Shown piece by piece: positions 38,479-49,288 of a DNA stretch of 64,000 nucleotides. The first letter of the stretch is position 1; every line of letters starts with the position of its first letter. This DNA comes from Rhodospirillales bacterium. GTDB taxonomy: Bacteria; Pseudomonadota; Alphaproteobacteria; Acetobacterales; Acetobacteraceae. The notes beneath the pieces were generated by a model. That model had not been told where the DNA came from. It saw only the letters and a list, made by a program, of their open reading frames with translations, and did no database searches. The position numbers and the translations under genes were made by a program. The stretch is from assembly GCA_028871195.1 (NCBI GenBank), contig JAGWNT010000005.1, forward strand, positions 947 through 64,946, given 5' to 3'.

Positions 38479-38584
38479 CCATGCTTTCCCATCGGCACTC
38501 CGCCCGGAGGGGGTGAAACGGGACTGCGCCACCCGGCGGCGGCGTCCCGCGCACAGGCAGGCAGGAAAGGGGCGCACCGGCCGG

Positions 38585-39046
38585 ATGACCCAATTCATGG
38601 GCACCCACATCAACAGGCTGGATGCCAAGGGGCGGGTCTCCATCCCGGCCCCGTTCCGAGCGGCCCTCCGCCCGGCCGATGCGGCGGCGCGCGGACGGCT
38701 GATCCTGCGCCCCTCGCACAAGCAGCTCGCCATCGAGGGTTGGCCGCCGGCGGCCTTCGACGCGCTGGAAGCGCCGATGCAGCGCCTCGACGTGTTCAGC
38801 GACGAGCAGGACGATCTCGCCTTCACGCTCTATGCAGAGGCCGCCGAGGTGGACCCGGACGGCGACGGGCGCATCGTGCTGCCGGCCGAGCTGATCAGCC
38901 ATGCCGGGCTCGCCGGCAACGTCGCCTTCGTCGGGCTCGGGCGGAAATTCGAAATCTGGGCGCCGGCCGCCCTCGAACGGCGCCGCGCCGAGGCGCGCAT
39001 GCGCACGCTGGCGCGCGGCCTCACGCTGCCCGGGTCCGGCGCATGA
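38585..39046 (+). CDS. mraZ: Transcriptional regulator MraZ
   Basis: [25 protein letters not shown] and a second SpoVT/AbrB-like repeat ([16 protein letters not shown]). It is the first gene of the dcw cluster. Confidence 0.92.
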   Translation: MTQFMGTHINRLDAKGRVSIPAPFRAALRPADAAARGRLILRPSHKQLAIEGWPPAAFDALEAPMQRLDVFSDEQDDLAFTLYAEAAEVDPDGDGRIVLPAELISHAGLAGNVAFVGLGRKFEIWAPAALERRRAEARMRTLARGLTLPGSGA

Positions 39047-40032
39047 CGGGCGGGGCCAGCGGGCATGTTCCGGTGATGCTGCGCGAGGTGCTCGGCCAGC
39101 TCGCGCCGCGTGACGGCGGCATCTATCTCGACGGCACCTTCGGCGGCGGCGGCTACGCGGCGGCGATCCTGGGTGCTGCGCGCTGCACGCTGTGGGCGAT
39201 CGACCGCGACCCGGCGGCGATCGCGCGCGGCGCCGCCCTCGCCGCCCGCTACCCCGGCAGGCTGCACCTGCTGCAAGGCGATTTCGGCTCCATGCTGGAG
39301 CTGCTCGGCGGGCAGGGCGTCACGCAGCTTGACGGCGTGGTGCTCGATCTCGGCGTCTCCTCCTATCAGATCGACGACCCGGCGCGCGGCTTCAGCTTCC
39401 GCTTCGACGGGCCGCTGGACATGCGCATGAGCGGCAGCGGCGAGACCGCGGCCGATCTCGTCAACCGCCTCGGCGAGGGCGAGCTGGCAGACATCCTCTA
39501 CGAGTTCGGCGAGGAGCGCCGCTCGCGGCGGATCGCCCACGCCATCGTCGCCGCCCGCGCCATCACGCCCATCACCACCACCGCGGAGCTTGCGCGCATC
39601 ATCCGAACCGTGGTGCCGCCCGACCGCTCGGGCATCGACCCGGCGACCCGCAGCTTCCAGGCCCTGCGCATCCGGGTGAATGACGAGCTTGGCCAGATCG
39701 ACCGCGCGCTGGCGCAGGCGGCAAGCCTGCTCGCGCCGGGTGGGCGGCTCGTCGTGGTCGCCTTCCATTCGCTGGAGGACCGCCTGGTCAAGCGCTTCAT
39801 GGTCGAGCAGGCCGGCCGGGCGCCCGCCGCCTCGCGCCACGACCCGGCCGGCATGGTGGCGCGCGCGCCGAGCGCGTTCGAATTGCTGACCGCCCGCGCG
39901 CTGCGCCCGGGCGACGACGAGATGGCGGCCAACCCGCGCGCCCGCAGCGCGCGGCTGCGGGCCTTGCAGCGCCACGCCGCCGCTTCACCTGCTCCCGCAT
40001 TGCCCGCGATCGGCGAGGAAGCCGCGCCATGA
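39043..40032 (+). CDS. rsmH: 16S rRNA (cytosine1402-N4)-methyltransferase
   Basis: [10 protein letters not shown]...[11 protein letters not shown]...[14 protein letters not shown] overlap with mraZ. Confidence 0.95.
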   Translation: MTGGASGHVPVMLREVLGQLAPRDGGIYLDGTFGGGGYAAAILGAARCTLWAIDRDPAAIARGAALAARYPGRLHLLQGDFGSMLELLGGQGVTQLDGVVLDLGVSSYQIDDPARGFSFRFDGPLDMRMSGSGETAADLVNRLGEGELADILYEFGEERRSRRIAHAIVAARAITPITTTAELARIIRTVVPPDRSGIDPATRSFQALRIRVNDELGQIDRALAQAASLLAPGGRLVVVAFHSLEDRLVKRFMVEQAGRAPAASRHDPAGMVARAPSAFELLTARALRPGDDEMAANPRARSARLRALQRHAAASPAPALPAIGEEAAP

Positions 40033-40895
40033 TCCGACCGGTCACCTTCATCTGCCTGGCCGTCGCCGCCGGTTCCGGGCTCTATGTCTATCAGGTCAAG
40101 CACCACACGCTGGTGCTCGATCGCCAGATCACGGCAACGCTGCGCGCGGCCGACGCGGCGCGCAACCGCGCCGGATTGCTGCGGGCGGAATACGCCCTGC
40201 TCAACGATCCCTCGCGCCTCGGCGATCTCGCCGGCAAGCTGCTGCCCGCGCTGCAAACCACCGCGCCGACGCAATTCTCCACCTGGGCCGATCTCGAACG
40301 CCGCCTGCCCGCCATCGGCGCGCCGCCCGCCGCCGCGTCGGCGCCGCTGGAAGCCGCGGCACCCGCCGCCCATCTGCCGGTGCCGACCGCCGCAGCCCCG
40401 GCCGCCATCCCCGCTTCGCCGCCCACCCATGGGACGGGCAGCGCGATTGCCGCGGCACCGGCCGCAACGCCACCTACGCCGCCAGCCGCGCCGCCCGGCG
40501 GGGCGCCCGCCGGCGCGCGCACCGGTACCGCGGCGCTGGTCGCGCAGGCAGCGCCCCATCCGCCGGCGCATCCCCAGCCGGCGGCCAACCTCCAGGCCAT
40601 CCTGCAGGCGGCGCTGCATGACCACCAGCGCATGGCGGCGGCGCCGCAACCCGCCCGTCTCGCCGCCGCCCCGGCGCATCTGCCGCCCGCCGCCCCGCGC
40701 CCTCGCATCCAGCCGGTGGCGCTGCCGGTGCACCCGCGCCCGACGGCGCCGGCCATCCACGCGACCGAGGTGCTGGCGCGCGCCGATGCACCGGTGTCCC
40801 GGCCGACGCAATTCGTCGGCTCGGCCCTCGGCATGGCGCGGGTGATGACGCCGACGCCGGCGGTCGGCACCGTGCCCTATGGCGGCAACCGATGA
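40029..40895 (+). CDS. ftsL: Cell division protein FtsL with a long Pro/Ala-rich C-terminal extension
   Basis: The N-terminal roughly 95 aa have a TM helix ([15 protein letters not shown]) plus a coiled-coil ([14 protein letters not shown]), typical of alphaproteobacterial FtsL. About 190 aa of low-complexity PA-rich sequence follow. ATGA overlaps occur at both ends. Confidence 0.8.
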   Translation: MIRPVTFICLAVAAGSGLYVYQVKHHTLVLDRQITATLRAADAARNRAGLLRAEYALLNDPSRLGDLAGKLLPALQTTAPTQFSTWADLERRLPAIGAPPAAASAPLEAAAPAAHLPVPTAAAPAAIPASPPTHGTGSAIAAAPAATPPTPPAAPPGGAPAGARTGTAALVAQAAPHPPAHPQPAANLQAILQAALHDHQRMAAAPQPARLAAAPAHLPPAAPRPRIQPVALPVHPRPTAPAIHATEVLARADAPVSRPTQFVGSALGMARVMTPTPAVGTVPYGGNR

Positions 40896-42928
40896 GCACG
40901 CGGCGCACCGGCGGGCCTGACGAGCCGCCCCGCGACGGCGAGCCCGCCGACCACCCCGCCGAGGATCGCGCGCCCCCCTCGCCCTCGAGCCCCGCGCGGC
41001 GCTTCGGCGCGCCGCCCTCGGCGAGCATTCCGCGCATGGAGCATGTGCGCCTGACCGCGCCCGACCTCGCGCGCCGGGCGGCCATGGAAAAGACACGCGG
41101 GCGGCTGGTGGTGGCCGCCGCCGGCTTTGCCCTGCTCTTCACCGCCGTCGCGCTGAAGCTCGCCGACGCAACGGTGATCGACCCGCTGCGCCCGCCGCCG
41201 GTGGTGGCCATGCGCCGGCCCGACCCGCCGCCCCCGCCGGGCAGCCTGACCTCGCTGGTGGCGGCCAATGTCGATCTCGGCCGGCCCGCCTCGCGCGCCA
41301 CCATCGAGGACCGTAACGGCCAGATCCTCGCGATCTCGCTGCCGACCGCGAGCGTGTTCGCCAACCCGCATGAGATCTTCGACCCCGCCGGGGCGGCTCG
41401 CGCCCTCAAATCCGTCCTGCCCGATCTCGACGAGGCGCTGACCACAAAACGTCTCGCCGATCAGAGCCACCAATTCGTCTATATCGCGCGCCAGATCACG
41501 CCCCGGCAGGAACTGCGCATCAACGCGCTGGGAATTCCGGGCGTCGATTTCGAACACACCGAGCGGCGGCGCTACCCGCTCGGCCGCACCGCCGCCCAGG
41601 TGCTGGGCGGCGTCGATGTGGATGGTCACGGCGTGGCCGGGGTGGAGCGCTTCTTCGACGCGCGGCTGCGCCGCGATCCCCAGCCGCTGCGCCTCGCCCT
41701 CGATGTGCGCGTGCAGGCCGTGGTGCGCGACGAATTGTCGCGCGCGATGGACGAGTTCCAGGCCATCGGCGCCTGCGGCATCGTGATGGACGTGCGCACC
41801 GGCGAGGTGATCGCGATGGTCAGCCTGCCGGATTACGACGCCAACGATGTCGGCCATGCCAGCCCCGATGAACGGTTCAACCGCGCGGTGACCGGGATGT
41901 ACGAGCCGGGCAGCACCTTCAAGCTGCAAACCGCCTCGATGGCGCTCAACGACAATGTGGTGCACATCTGGAACGGTTTCGACGCCTCCAGCCCGATCCA
42001 TATCGGCCGCTTCACCATCACCGATTTCGAGGGCAAGCACCGCTGGCTCTATCTGCCGGAAATCCTTGCCTACTCCTCCAATATCGGCGCGGCCAAGATG
42101 GCCGAGGCGGTCGGCGCCCACCGCCAGCAGGCCTGGCTCTATCGCATGGGCATGCTCTCGCGCCTCGGCATCGAGCTGCCGGAGGCGGGCATGCCGCTGG
42201 TGCCGCCGCTGTCGAACTGGAAGGAGATCGCGACGCTGACCATCGGCTTCGGGCACGGCATCGCCGTCTCGCCGCTGCATATCGTCACCGGCACCGCCGC
42301 GGTGGCCAATGGCGGCACGCTGTTCCGCCCGACCATCCTCGCCCAGGATAGCGAGTCCGCGCCGCGCCAGGGCTTTCGCGTGATGCGGCCGGACACTTCG
42401 GACATCATGCGCAAGCTGATGCGCCTCGTGGTGACCGACGGCTACGGCAAGCCGGCCGACGTGCCGGGCTATTTCGTCGGCGGCAAGACGGGAACCGCGG
42501 AGAAGGCGAGCAAGCACGGCTACCACAAGCACGCCAACGTCTCGGCCTTCATGAGCGCCTTCCCGATGAACGCGCCGCATTACGCGGTCTACATGATGCT
42601 GGACGACCCCAAGGGGAACGCCGCCACGCATGGCTATTCCACCGGCGGCTGGGTGAGCGCGCCGGCGGCCGGGCGGGTGATCGCCCGCATCGGGCCCATG
42701 CTCGGGCTGCTGCCGCAGCTCGACAACGCCGCCGAAATCCAGGCAAGCCTCGCCATTCCGCTGGAGCCGGGCGTGCCGCCCGGGGCGACCGGTTCGCTGC
42801 CGCCGCGCGGGCTGGTGCCGCTGGTCACGCGCGCGGCCAATCCGCCGCCGCCGGTGGTGTCGGCCTTTCCGCCGCATGATTACCGCCACCAGGCCAGCCT
42901 CGTGACGCCCGCCATTGCGTTGCATTGA
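40892..42928 (+). CDS. ftsI: Peptidoglycan D,D-transpeptidase FtsI (PBP3)
   Basis: Motifs are STFK, SSN and KTGT, with the TM segment LVVAAAGFALLFTAVAL. The start at 40892 (ATGA overlap) gives a Pro-rich 65-aa cytoplasmic head. Internal ATGs (MEHVRL, MEKTRG) are alternatives. Confidence 0.9.
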   Translation: MSTRRTGGPDEPPRDGEPADHPAEDRAPPSPSSPARRFGAPPSASIPRMEHVRLTAPDLARRAAMEKTRGRLVVAAAGFALLFTAVALKLADATVIDPLRPPPVVAMRRPDPPPPPGSLTSLVAANVDLGRPASRATIEDRNGQILAISLPTASVFANPHEIFDPAGAARALKSVLPDLDEALTTKRLADQSHQFVYIARQITPRQELRINALGIPGVDFEHTERRRYPLGRTAAQVLGGVDVDGHGVAGVERFFDARLRRDPQPLRLALDVRVQAVVRDELSRAMDEFQAIGACGIVMDVRTGEVIAMVSLPDYDANDVGHASPDERFNRAVTGMYEPGSTFKLQTASMALNDNVVHIWNGFDASSPIHIGRFTITDFEGKHRWLYLPEILAYSSNIGAAKMAEAVGAHRQQAWLYRMGMLSRLGIELPEAGMPLVPPLSNWKEIATLTIGFGHGIAVSPLHIVTGTAAVANGGTLFRPTILAQDSESAPRQGFRVMRPDTSDIMRKLMRLVVTDGYGKPADVPGYFVGGKTGTAEKASKHGYHKHANVSAFMSAFPMNAPHYAVYMMLDDPKGNAATHGYSTGGWVSAPAAGRVIARIGPMLGLLPQLDNAAEIQASLAIPLEPGVPPGATGSLPPRGLVPLVTRAANPPPPVVSAFPPHDYRHQASLVTPAIALH

Positions 42929-42932
42929 CATC

Positions 42933-44372
42933 ATGCGCGCCCTGCCCGAGCTGCGCACGGGCGGCATGACGGGACTCGAACTCTGTGGCGTCACCGCCGA
43001 TAGCCGCCGCGTCGGGCCCGGCTTCCTGTTCGCCGCCCTGCCCGGCGAAAAGCTCGACGGGCGGGCCTTCATCGCCGAAGCGGTGGAGCGCGGCGCCGCC
43101 GCCGTGCTGGCGCCGGACGGCACGGACTGGCCGGCCGGCGTGCCGCCGCGCCCCCTGCTGCACGACCCGCAGCCGCGCCGCCGCCTCGCCCAGATCGCCG
43201 CCGTGCTGGCCGGGCCGCAGCCGGCCGTCATCGTCGCCATCACCGGCACCAACGGCAAGACCAGCACGGCGGAGTTCCTGCGCCAGCTCTGGGCGCTGGG
43301 GGACCAGAAGGCGGCGAGCCTGGGCACGCTCGGGCTGGTGGCGCCGGGCTTCGACGCGGGGCCGGGCCTGACCACGCCGGACCCGGTGGCGCTGGCCGAG
43401 ACGCTGGCCATGCTGGCGCGCGCCGGCATCGGCCATGCCGCGATGGAGGCCTCCTCGCACGGCCTGCAGCAATTCCGCCTCGATGGCGTGCGGCTGTCGG
43501 CCGGCGGCTTCACCAACCTCACGCGCGACCATCTCGACTATCACGGCACCATGGCGGCCTATCGCGCCGCCAAGCTGCGGCTGTTCGACGCGCTGCTGCC
43601 CGCCGGCGCGCCGGCGGTGGCGAGCACAAGCCTCGATGCCGAGAGCCTTGCCGCCCTGCACGACATCGCCGCCCACCGCCGCCTCGATGTGCGGGTGGTC
43701 GGCGCCGGCGGCGATGCCATCGATCTGCTGCGCGCGACACCGCGCGCCGACGGGCAGGTGCTGGAGATCGCCGCCGAGGGCGTGCGGCGCGAGATCGCCG
43801 TGGCGCTGCCCGGGCGCTTCCAGGCCGACAACGTGCTCGTCGCCGCCGCCCTGGCCCAGGCGACCGGATTGCGGGACCCGTTCGACCGGCTGGGCGGGCT
43901 GGTCGGCGTGCGGGGGCGGATGGAGCTCGCCGCGCGGCTGGCCAACGGGGCCACGATCTACGTGGACTACGCCCACACCCCCGATGCGCTGCAACGGCTG
44001 CTTGTCGCGCTGCGCCCCCATGCGAGCGGCCGGCTGCATGTGGTATTCGGCGCCGGCGGCGACCGCGACCGCGGCAAGCGCCCGCTGATGGGCGAGGCCG
44101 CCGCCCGGCTGGCGGACCGCGTCATCGTCACCGACGACAATCCGCGCAGCGAGGATCCGGCCGCGATCCGCGCCGCGATCCGCGCCGCCTGCCCCGCCGC
44201 CACCGAAATCGGCGACCGCGCGGCGGCGATCGCGGCGGCGATGAGCGACCTCGGTCCGGGCGACGTGCTGGCCGTCGCAGGCAAGGGCCATGAGCAGGGG
44301 CAGGTGGTCGGCACCGTCACGCTGCCCTTCGACGACGTGGCGACGGTACGCCGCCTGGCGGGCCTGGCATGA
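42933..44372 (+). CDS. murE: UDP-N-acetylmuramoyl-L-alanyl-D-glutamate--2,6-diaminopimelate ligase
   Basis: ITGTNGKTSTAEF and VTDDNPRSEDP. An alternative start at 42915 would overlap ftsI. Confidence 0.95.
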   Translation: MRALPELRTGGMTGLELCGVTADSRRVGPGFLFAALPGEKLDGRAFIAEAVERGAAAVLAPDGTDWPAGVPPRPLLHDPQPRRRLAQIAAVLAGPQPAVIVAITGTNGKTSTAEFLRQLWALGDQKAASLGTLGLVAPGFDAGPGLTTPDPVALAETLAMLARAGIGHAAMEASSHGLQQFRLDGVRLSAGGFTNLTRDHLDYHGTMAAYRAAKLRLFDALLPAGAPAVASTSLDAESLAALHDIAAHRRLDVRVVGAGGDAIDLLRATPRADGQVLEIAAEGVRREIAVALPGRFQADNVLVAAALAQATGLRDPFDRLGGLVGVRGRMELAARLANGATIYVDYAHTPDALQRLLVALRPHASGRLHVVFGAGGDRDRGKRPLMGEAAARLADRVIVTDDNPRSEDPAAIRAAIRAACPAATEIGDRAAAIAAAMSDLGPGDVLAVAGKGHEQGQVVGTVTLPFDDVATVRRLAGLA

Positions 44373-45754
44373 GCGCGCTGTGGGAGGCCGGCGAGTTGCG
44401 CGCCGCCACGGAGGGCATGCTGCGGGTGCCCTTCGCGGCGGGCGGCGTTTCCATCGACAGCCGTACGCTCAAACCGGGCGATCTGTTCGTCGCCCTGGTC
44501 GGCGAGAACGGCGACGGGCACGCCCATGTCGCCGCCGCCTTCGCCGCCGGCGCCGCCGGCGCGATGGTCCACCGCCTGCCCGACGGCGTCGGCGACGGCG
44601 CGCGGCTGCTGCTCGTCGGCGACACGCTGGAAGCGCTGCGGGGCCTGGCGGCCTTCGCGCGGGCGCGCTTTTCCGGCCGGCTCGTGGCGGTCACCGGCAG
44701 CGTCGGCAAGACCACGACGAAGGAGATGCTGCGCACCATGCTGGTCGCGCAGGGGCACACCTGGGCGGCGGAGGCCTCGCACAACAACCAGTGGGGCGTG
44801 CCGCTGACGCTCGCCCGCCTGTCGCGGCGGGCGGCGTATTGCGTGGTCGAGATCGGCATGAACCATGCGGGCGAGATCTCGCCGCTGGCCCGTCTCTCGC
44901 GGCCGCATGTCGGCGTCATCACCAATATCGAGCGCAGCCATGTCGGCCATCTCGGCAGCGTCGAGGCCATCGCCGACGAGAAGGCCACGCTCCTCGACGG
45001 GCTCGAGCCCGGCGGCATCGCCGTGCTGCCGGCCGATTCGCCGTATCTCGACCGGCTGCGCGCCCGGGCCGGCGCCGTGCGGCTGTTCGGCGCCGCCGCC
45101 GGGGCCGATGCGCGGCTGGACGGGCTGGCGGCGGATGCCGAGGGCAGCGACGTTTCCGCCACCCTGCATGGCCGCGCCCTGACTTTCCGCCTCGGCGCGC
45201 CGGGACGGCACATGGCCATCAACGCGCTCGCCGCCCTGCTCGCCGCCGAGGCGCTGGGGGCGGATGTGGACCGCGCGGCGGCGGCGCTTGCCGGTTTCTC
45301 CGCCGTGGCCGGGCGCGGCGCGCGGCGGCACATCGCCGTTGCCGGCGGTGCGGCGCTGCTGCTTGACGAAAGCTACAATGCCTCGACCGCCTCGGTGCGC
45401 GCCGCCCTCGCCGTTCTGGCGCTGCAGCCGGCGTCGCGGCGGATCGCGGTTCTGGGCGACATGCTGGAGCTGGGCGAGAGCGGCCCGGCCGAGCATGTGG
45501 GCCTGGCGGCGGACATTGCCGCCAATGCAGACCTGCTTTTTGCCTGCGGCCCATTGATGCAGGGCGCGTTTGCCGCCATTCCCCCGCGGCAGCGCGGTGC
45601 CCACGCGCCCGATTCGGCGGCCCTGGCCCCGATCGTGGCGGGTGCCGTGCGCCCGGGCGATGCGATTCTGGTGAAGGGCAGCCTGGGCAGCCGCATGCGC
45701 CGCATCGTCGCGGCATTGGAGGCGACGACGGACAGCAGGGGCACGGCCGCATGA
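44369..45754 (+). CDS. murF: UDP-N-acetylmuramoyl-tripeptide--D-alanyl-D-alanine ligase
   Basis: [13 protein letters not shown], the expected position in the dcw order, and an ATGA overlap. Confidence 0.95.
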   Translation: MSALWEAGELRAATEGMLRVPFAAGGVSIDSRTLKPGDLFVALVGENGDGHAHVAAAFAAGAAGAMVHRLPDGVGDGARLLLVGDTLEALRGLAAFARARFSGRLVAVTGSVGKTTTKEMLRTMLVAQGHTWAAEASHNNQWGVPLTLARLSRRAAYCVVEIGMNHAGEISPLARLSRPHVGVITNIERSHVGHLGSVEAIADEKATLLDGLEPGGIAVLPADSPYLDRLRARAGAVRLFGAAAGADARLDGLAADAEGSDVSATLHGRALTFRLGAPGRHMAINALAALLAAEALGADVDRAAAALAGFSAVAGRGARRHIAVAGGAALLLDESYNASTASVRAALAVLALQPASRRIAVLGDMLELGESGPAEHVGLAADIAANADLLFACGPLMQGAFAAIPPRQRGAHAPDSAALAPIVAGAVRPGDAILVKGSLGSRMRRIVAALEATTDSRGTAA

Positions 45755-46839
45755 TCTTCAACCTCATCCGGCTGCTCAATGAGCATTTCCCGCTCTCCAA
45801 CCTGTTCCGCTACCTGACCTTCCGCTCGGGTGCGGCCTGCATGACCGCGCTGGTGCTGAGCCTGGTGTTCGGCAGCGGGTTGATCCGCTGGCTGAAATCG
45901 ATCCAGGGCTCGGGCCAGCCGATCCGCCCCGACGGCCCGGAGCGCCACCTCGTCGAGAAGCAGGGCACGCCCACCATGGGCGGCGTGCTGATCCTCTCGA
46001 CGCTGACGGTCTCGACGCTGCTCTGGGCCGATCTGCGCAGCGGCTATGTGTGGGCGGTCCTGCTGCTGACGCTGGGCTATGGCGCGCTCGGCTTCGTCGA
46101 CGATTTCATCAAGCTCACCAAATCGAGCCATCACGGCCTGTCGGCGCGCGGCAAGCTGATCGGGCAGGTGGCGCTCGGCCTGATCGCGGCATTCTGGATT
46201 TCGCGCCTGACGCACGGGCCGCTCGGCACCGGGGTGACACTGCCGGTGTTCAAGGAGGTGCTGATCCCGCTTGGGATCTTCTTCCCGGTCTTCGGCATGT
46301 TCGTCATGCTCGGCTTCTCCAACGCGGTGAACCTGACGGACGGGCTGGACGGGCTGGCGATCGTGCCGACCATCATCGCCGCCGGCGTCTTCGCGCTGAT
46401 CGCCTATCTCGTCGGCAACCGCGTCTTCGCCGACTACCTGCAACTCAATCTCGTGCCCGGCGTGGGCGAGCTGGGCGTGTTCTGCTCGGCCCTGATCGGC
46501 GCGGGGCTCGGGTTCCTGTGGTTCAACGCGCCGCCGGCGGCGGTGTTCATGGGCGATACCGGGGCGCTGGCGCTGGGCGGCGCGCTCGGCGCGGTGGCGG
46601 TCGCCGTGAAGCATGAGATCGTCCTCGGCATCGTCGGCGGGCTGTTCGTCGTCGAGCTCGCCTCCTCGCTGATCCAGGTGTTCTGGTACAAACGCACGAA
46701 GCGGCGGGTCTTCCTGATGGCGCCGCTGCACCACCATTTCGAGAAGAAGGGCTGGTCGGAGCCGACCATCGTCATCCGCTTCTGGATCATCGCCATGATC
46801 CTCGCCCTGGTCGGGCTGGCGACGTTGAAGATCCGATGA
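45751..46839 (+). CDS. mraY: Phospho-N-acetylmuramoyl-pentapeptide transferase
   Basis: 362 aa, polytopic, with KQGTPTMGG and [13 protein letters not shown] motifs. ATGA overlap. Confidence 0.96.
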   Translation: MIFNLIRLLNEHFPLSNLFRYLTFRSGAACMTALVLSLVFGSGLIRWLKSIQGSGQPIRPDGPERHLVEKQGTPTMGGVLILSTLTVSTLLWADLRSGYVWAVLLLTLGYGALGFVDDFIKLTKSSHHGLSARGKLIGQVALGLIAAFWISRLTHGPLGTGVTLPVFKEVLIPLGIFFPVFGMFVMLGFSNAVNLTDGLDGLAIVPTIIAAGVFALIAYLVGNRVFADYLQLNLVPGVGELGVFCSALIGAGLGFLWFNAPPAAVFMGDTGALALGGALGAVAVAVKHEIVLGIVGGLFVVELASSLIQVFWYKRTKRRVFLMAPLHHHFEKKGWSEPTIVIRFWIIAMILALVGLATLKIR

Positions 46840-48155
46840 TGTTCCCTGCCACCATCTTTGCGGGCCAACGTTTCGCCGTGGTCGGGCTGGGGCGCAACGG
46901 GCTGCCGGCGGCGCGGGCGCTGCGCGCGATGGGGGCCGACGTCGTGGCGTGGGATGACCGCGCCGAAATCCGGGCGGCGGCGGGCGACCTCACGCTGGCC
47001 ATGCCGGCGATGGCCGGGCTCGACGCGCTGGTGCTCTCGCCGGGGATTGCGCACCGGCTGCCGGCGCCGCATCCGCTTGCGGCCGCGGCACTGGCCGCGC
47101 ATGTGCCGATCCTGTCCGATGCCGAGCTGCTCTTCCGCGCGGTGCGGGCCGCCGGGTCGCGTGCGCGTTTCGTCGGCATCACCGGCACCAACGGCAAATC
47201 GACCACCACGGCGCTGCTCGCCCATATCGTCGAGACCGCCGGCATGAAGGTGGCCGCCGGCGGCAATCTCGGCACCGCGGCGCTGGCGCTGCCGCTGCTG
47301 CCGGATGACGGCGTCTATGTGCTGGAGATGTCCTCCTACATGTTGGAGCGACTCGCGCGCCTCGCCTTCGATGTGGCGGTGATGCTGAATCTTTCGCCCG
47401 ATCATCTCGACCGGCACGGCGACATGGCGGGCTATGCTGCGGCCAAGCGGCATGTGTTCGACCGTCAGGGCGCGGCCGCGACCGCTGTGCTGGGCTGCGA
47501 GGATTCGTGGTCCCTCGAGATGGCCGCTGCGCTCGCGCGTGACGGCGCGGCGCGGGTGGTGCGCATTCATGCCGACCCGCCGCTTGCCGCACTGGCCGAC
47601 GCGCGGGCCCTGCCGGGCGCGCACAACGCGCAGAACGCCGCCGCCGCCGCCGCGGCGGCATCCGCGCTGGGCATCGCACAGGCGGATATCGATGCCGGCA
47701 TCAGAAGCTTTCCCGGCCTGCCGCATCGGCAGGAGCGCGTGGGCGAAGCGCGCGGCGTGGCCTTCGTCAATGACAGCAAGGCGACCAATGCCGATTCGAC
47801 CGCCCGCGCGCTGGGCTGCTACGCGCGGGTGGTGTGGATCGCCGGCGGCATGGCCAAGGAAGGCGGCATCGAATCGCTCGCGCCGTATTTCCCCCGTGTC
47901 GCGCTGGCCCTGCTGATCGGGCGCGACGCGCCGATCCTGGCGGAAACGCTGGCCGCGCACGGTGTCGCGCACCGCATCGTCGGCACGCTGGAGGCCGCGG
48001 TGGCGCAAGGCTGGGCGGCGGCGCGGGACGGCGCAGCCGACACCGTGCTGCTGTCGCCGGCCTGCGCCAGCTGGGACCAGTTCACCGGCTTCGACCAGCG
48101 CGGCGACCGCTTCCGCGCGCTGGCCGAGGCCATCGTGGCGAAGGAGGCACGCTGA
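46836..48155 (+). CDS. murD: UDP-N-acetylmuramoylalanine--D-glutamate ligase
   Basis: [10 protein letters not shown] Rossmann fold and [17 protein letters not shown] overlap. Confidence 0.95.
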   Translation: MMFPATIFAGQRFAVVGLGRNGLPAARALRAMGADVVAWDDRAEIRAAAGDLTLAMPAMAGLDALVLSPGIAHRLPAPHPLAAAALAAHVPILSDAELLFRAVRAAGSRARFVGITGTNGKSTTTALLAHIVETAGMKVAAGGNLGTAALALPLLPDDGVYVLEMSSYMLERLARLAFDVAVMLNLSPDHLDRHGDMAGYAAAKRHVFDRQGAAATAVLGCEDSWSLEMAAALARDGAARVVRIHADPPLAALADARALPGAHNAQNAAAAAAAASALGIAQADIDAGIRSFPGLPHRQERVGEARGVAFVNDSKATNADSTARALGCYARVVWIAGGMAKEGGIESLAPYFPRVALALLIGRDAPILAETLAAHGVAHRIVGTLEAAVAQGWAAARDGAADTVLLSPACASWDQFTGFDQRGDRFRALAEAIVAKEAR

Positions 48156-49288
48156 TGCCCGCATTGTCGCGTGCCGACACCTCACTGCTCGGGCGCTGGT
48201 GGTGGACGGTGGATCGCTGGACGCTGCTGGCGATCGGCAGCCTGATCGGCTTCGGCTACATCATGATGCTGGCGGCGAGCCCGGCGGTGGCAGAGCGCAT
48301 CCATGTGCCGCGCGACATCTTCATCCTCAAGCAGGTCTTCTTCCTGGCCGTCGCCGGCAGCATCGTCGTCTCGCTCAGCATGCTCTCGCCGCGCGGCGTT
48401 CGGCGGGTGGCGCTGGCCGGTTGCGTGCTGGCGCTTCTGCTGACGGCGCTGACGATGGTGGCGGGCGTGGAGATCAAGGGCGCGCGGCGCTGGATCGCGT
48501 TGCCGGGATTCTCCGTCCAGCCCAGCGAGTTCCTCAAGCCCTGCTTCGCCGTCGTGGCGGCCTGGCTGATCGCCGAAGGCCGGCGCAACCGCGCGGCATT
48601 CGGGCGCGTCCCCGGCATGCTGCTGGCCTTCGTGGTCTATGGCATGATCGTGCTGCTGCTGAAATCGCAGCCCGATATCGGCATGCTCGCCGTCGTCACC
48701 GGCGTCTTCTTCATCCAGCTCTTCGTCTCCGGCGTGAACCTCGCCTTCATCGGCATGGGGGCAGCCGGCATGGTCGGCATGGCGGCGATGGCCTACGTGT
48801 TCTTCGCCCATGTGCGCAGCCGCGTCACCCGCTTCCTGCATCCGGCCATCGGCGACCATTTCCAGGTCAATCACGCATTGGAGGCGTTCGGCAATGGCGG
48901 GCTGCTCGGGCGCGGGCCGGGCGAGGGCCATGTCAAGGACACCATTCCCGACGCCCATGCCGATTTCGTCTTCGCCGTCGCCGGCGAGGAGTTCGGCCTG
49001 ATCATCTGCCTCATCATCATCGGGATCTTCGCCTTCATCGTGCTGCGCGGCCTGCTGCGGGCCCTGGCCGATGGCGACCTGTTCGTCGTCCTCGCGGTGA
49101 CCGGCCTCGCCGCCGGCTTCGGCCTGCAGGCCTTCGTCAACATGGGCTCGACGCTGGATCTCATTCCCACCAAGGGCATGACGCTGCCGTTCATTTCCTA
49201 TGGCGGCTCCTCGGCGGTCGCGGTCGCGGTGGGCATCGGCATGCTGCTGGCGCTGACGCGCCGGCGCCACCCGGGCGAAGCGCCGTGA
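48155..49288 (+). CDS. ftsW: Peptidoglycan glycosyltransferase FtsW (SEDS family)
   Basis: [25 protein letters not shown], 10 TM segments, and the [16 protein letters not shown] motif. TGATG junction with murD. Confidence 0.93.
   Translation: MPALSRADTSLLGRWWWTVDRWTLLAIGSLIGFGYIMMLAASPAVAERIHVPRDIFILKQVFFLAVAGSIVVSLSMLSPRGVRRVALAGCVLALLLTALTMVAGVEIKGARRWIALPGFSVQPSEFLKPCFAVVAAWLIAEGRRNRAAFGRVPGMLLAFVVYGMIVLLLKSQPDIGMLAVVTGVFFIQLFVSGVNLAFIGMGAAGMVGMAAMAYVFFAHVRSRVTRFLHPAIGDHFQVNHALEAFGNGGLLGRGPGEGHVKDTIPDAHADFVFAVAGEEFGLIICLIIIGIFAFIVLRGLLRALADGDLFVVLAVTGLAAGFGLQAFVNMGSTLDLIPTKGMTLPFISYGGSSAVAVAVGIGMLLALTRRRHPGEAP

Noticed and set aside
40877-43522. 881-aa minus-strand ORF opposite ftsI/murE. 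Similar long shadow ORFs lie at 1885-3741, 3769-5151, 15344-17167, 17164-18612 and 43967-45604.
   Set aside because: All are antisense or out-of-frame shadows of genes with strong family motifs, so I treat them as high-GC artefacts.
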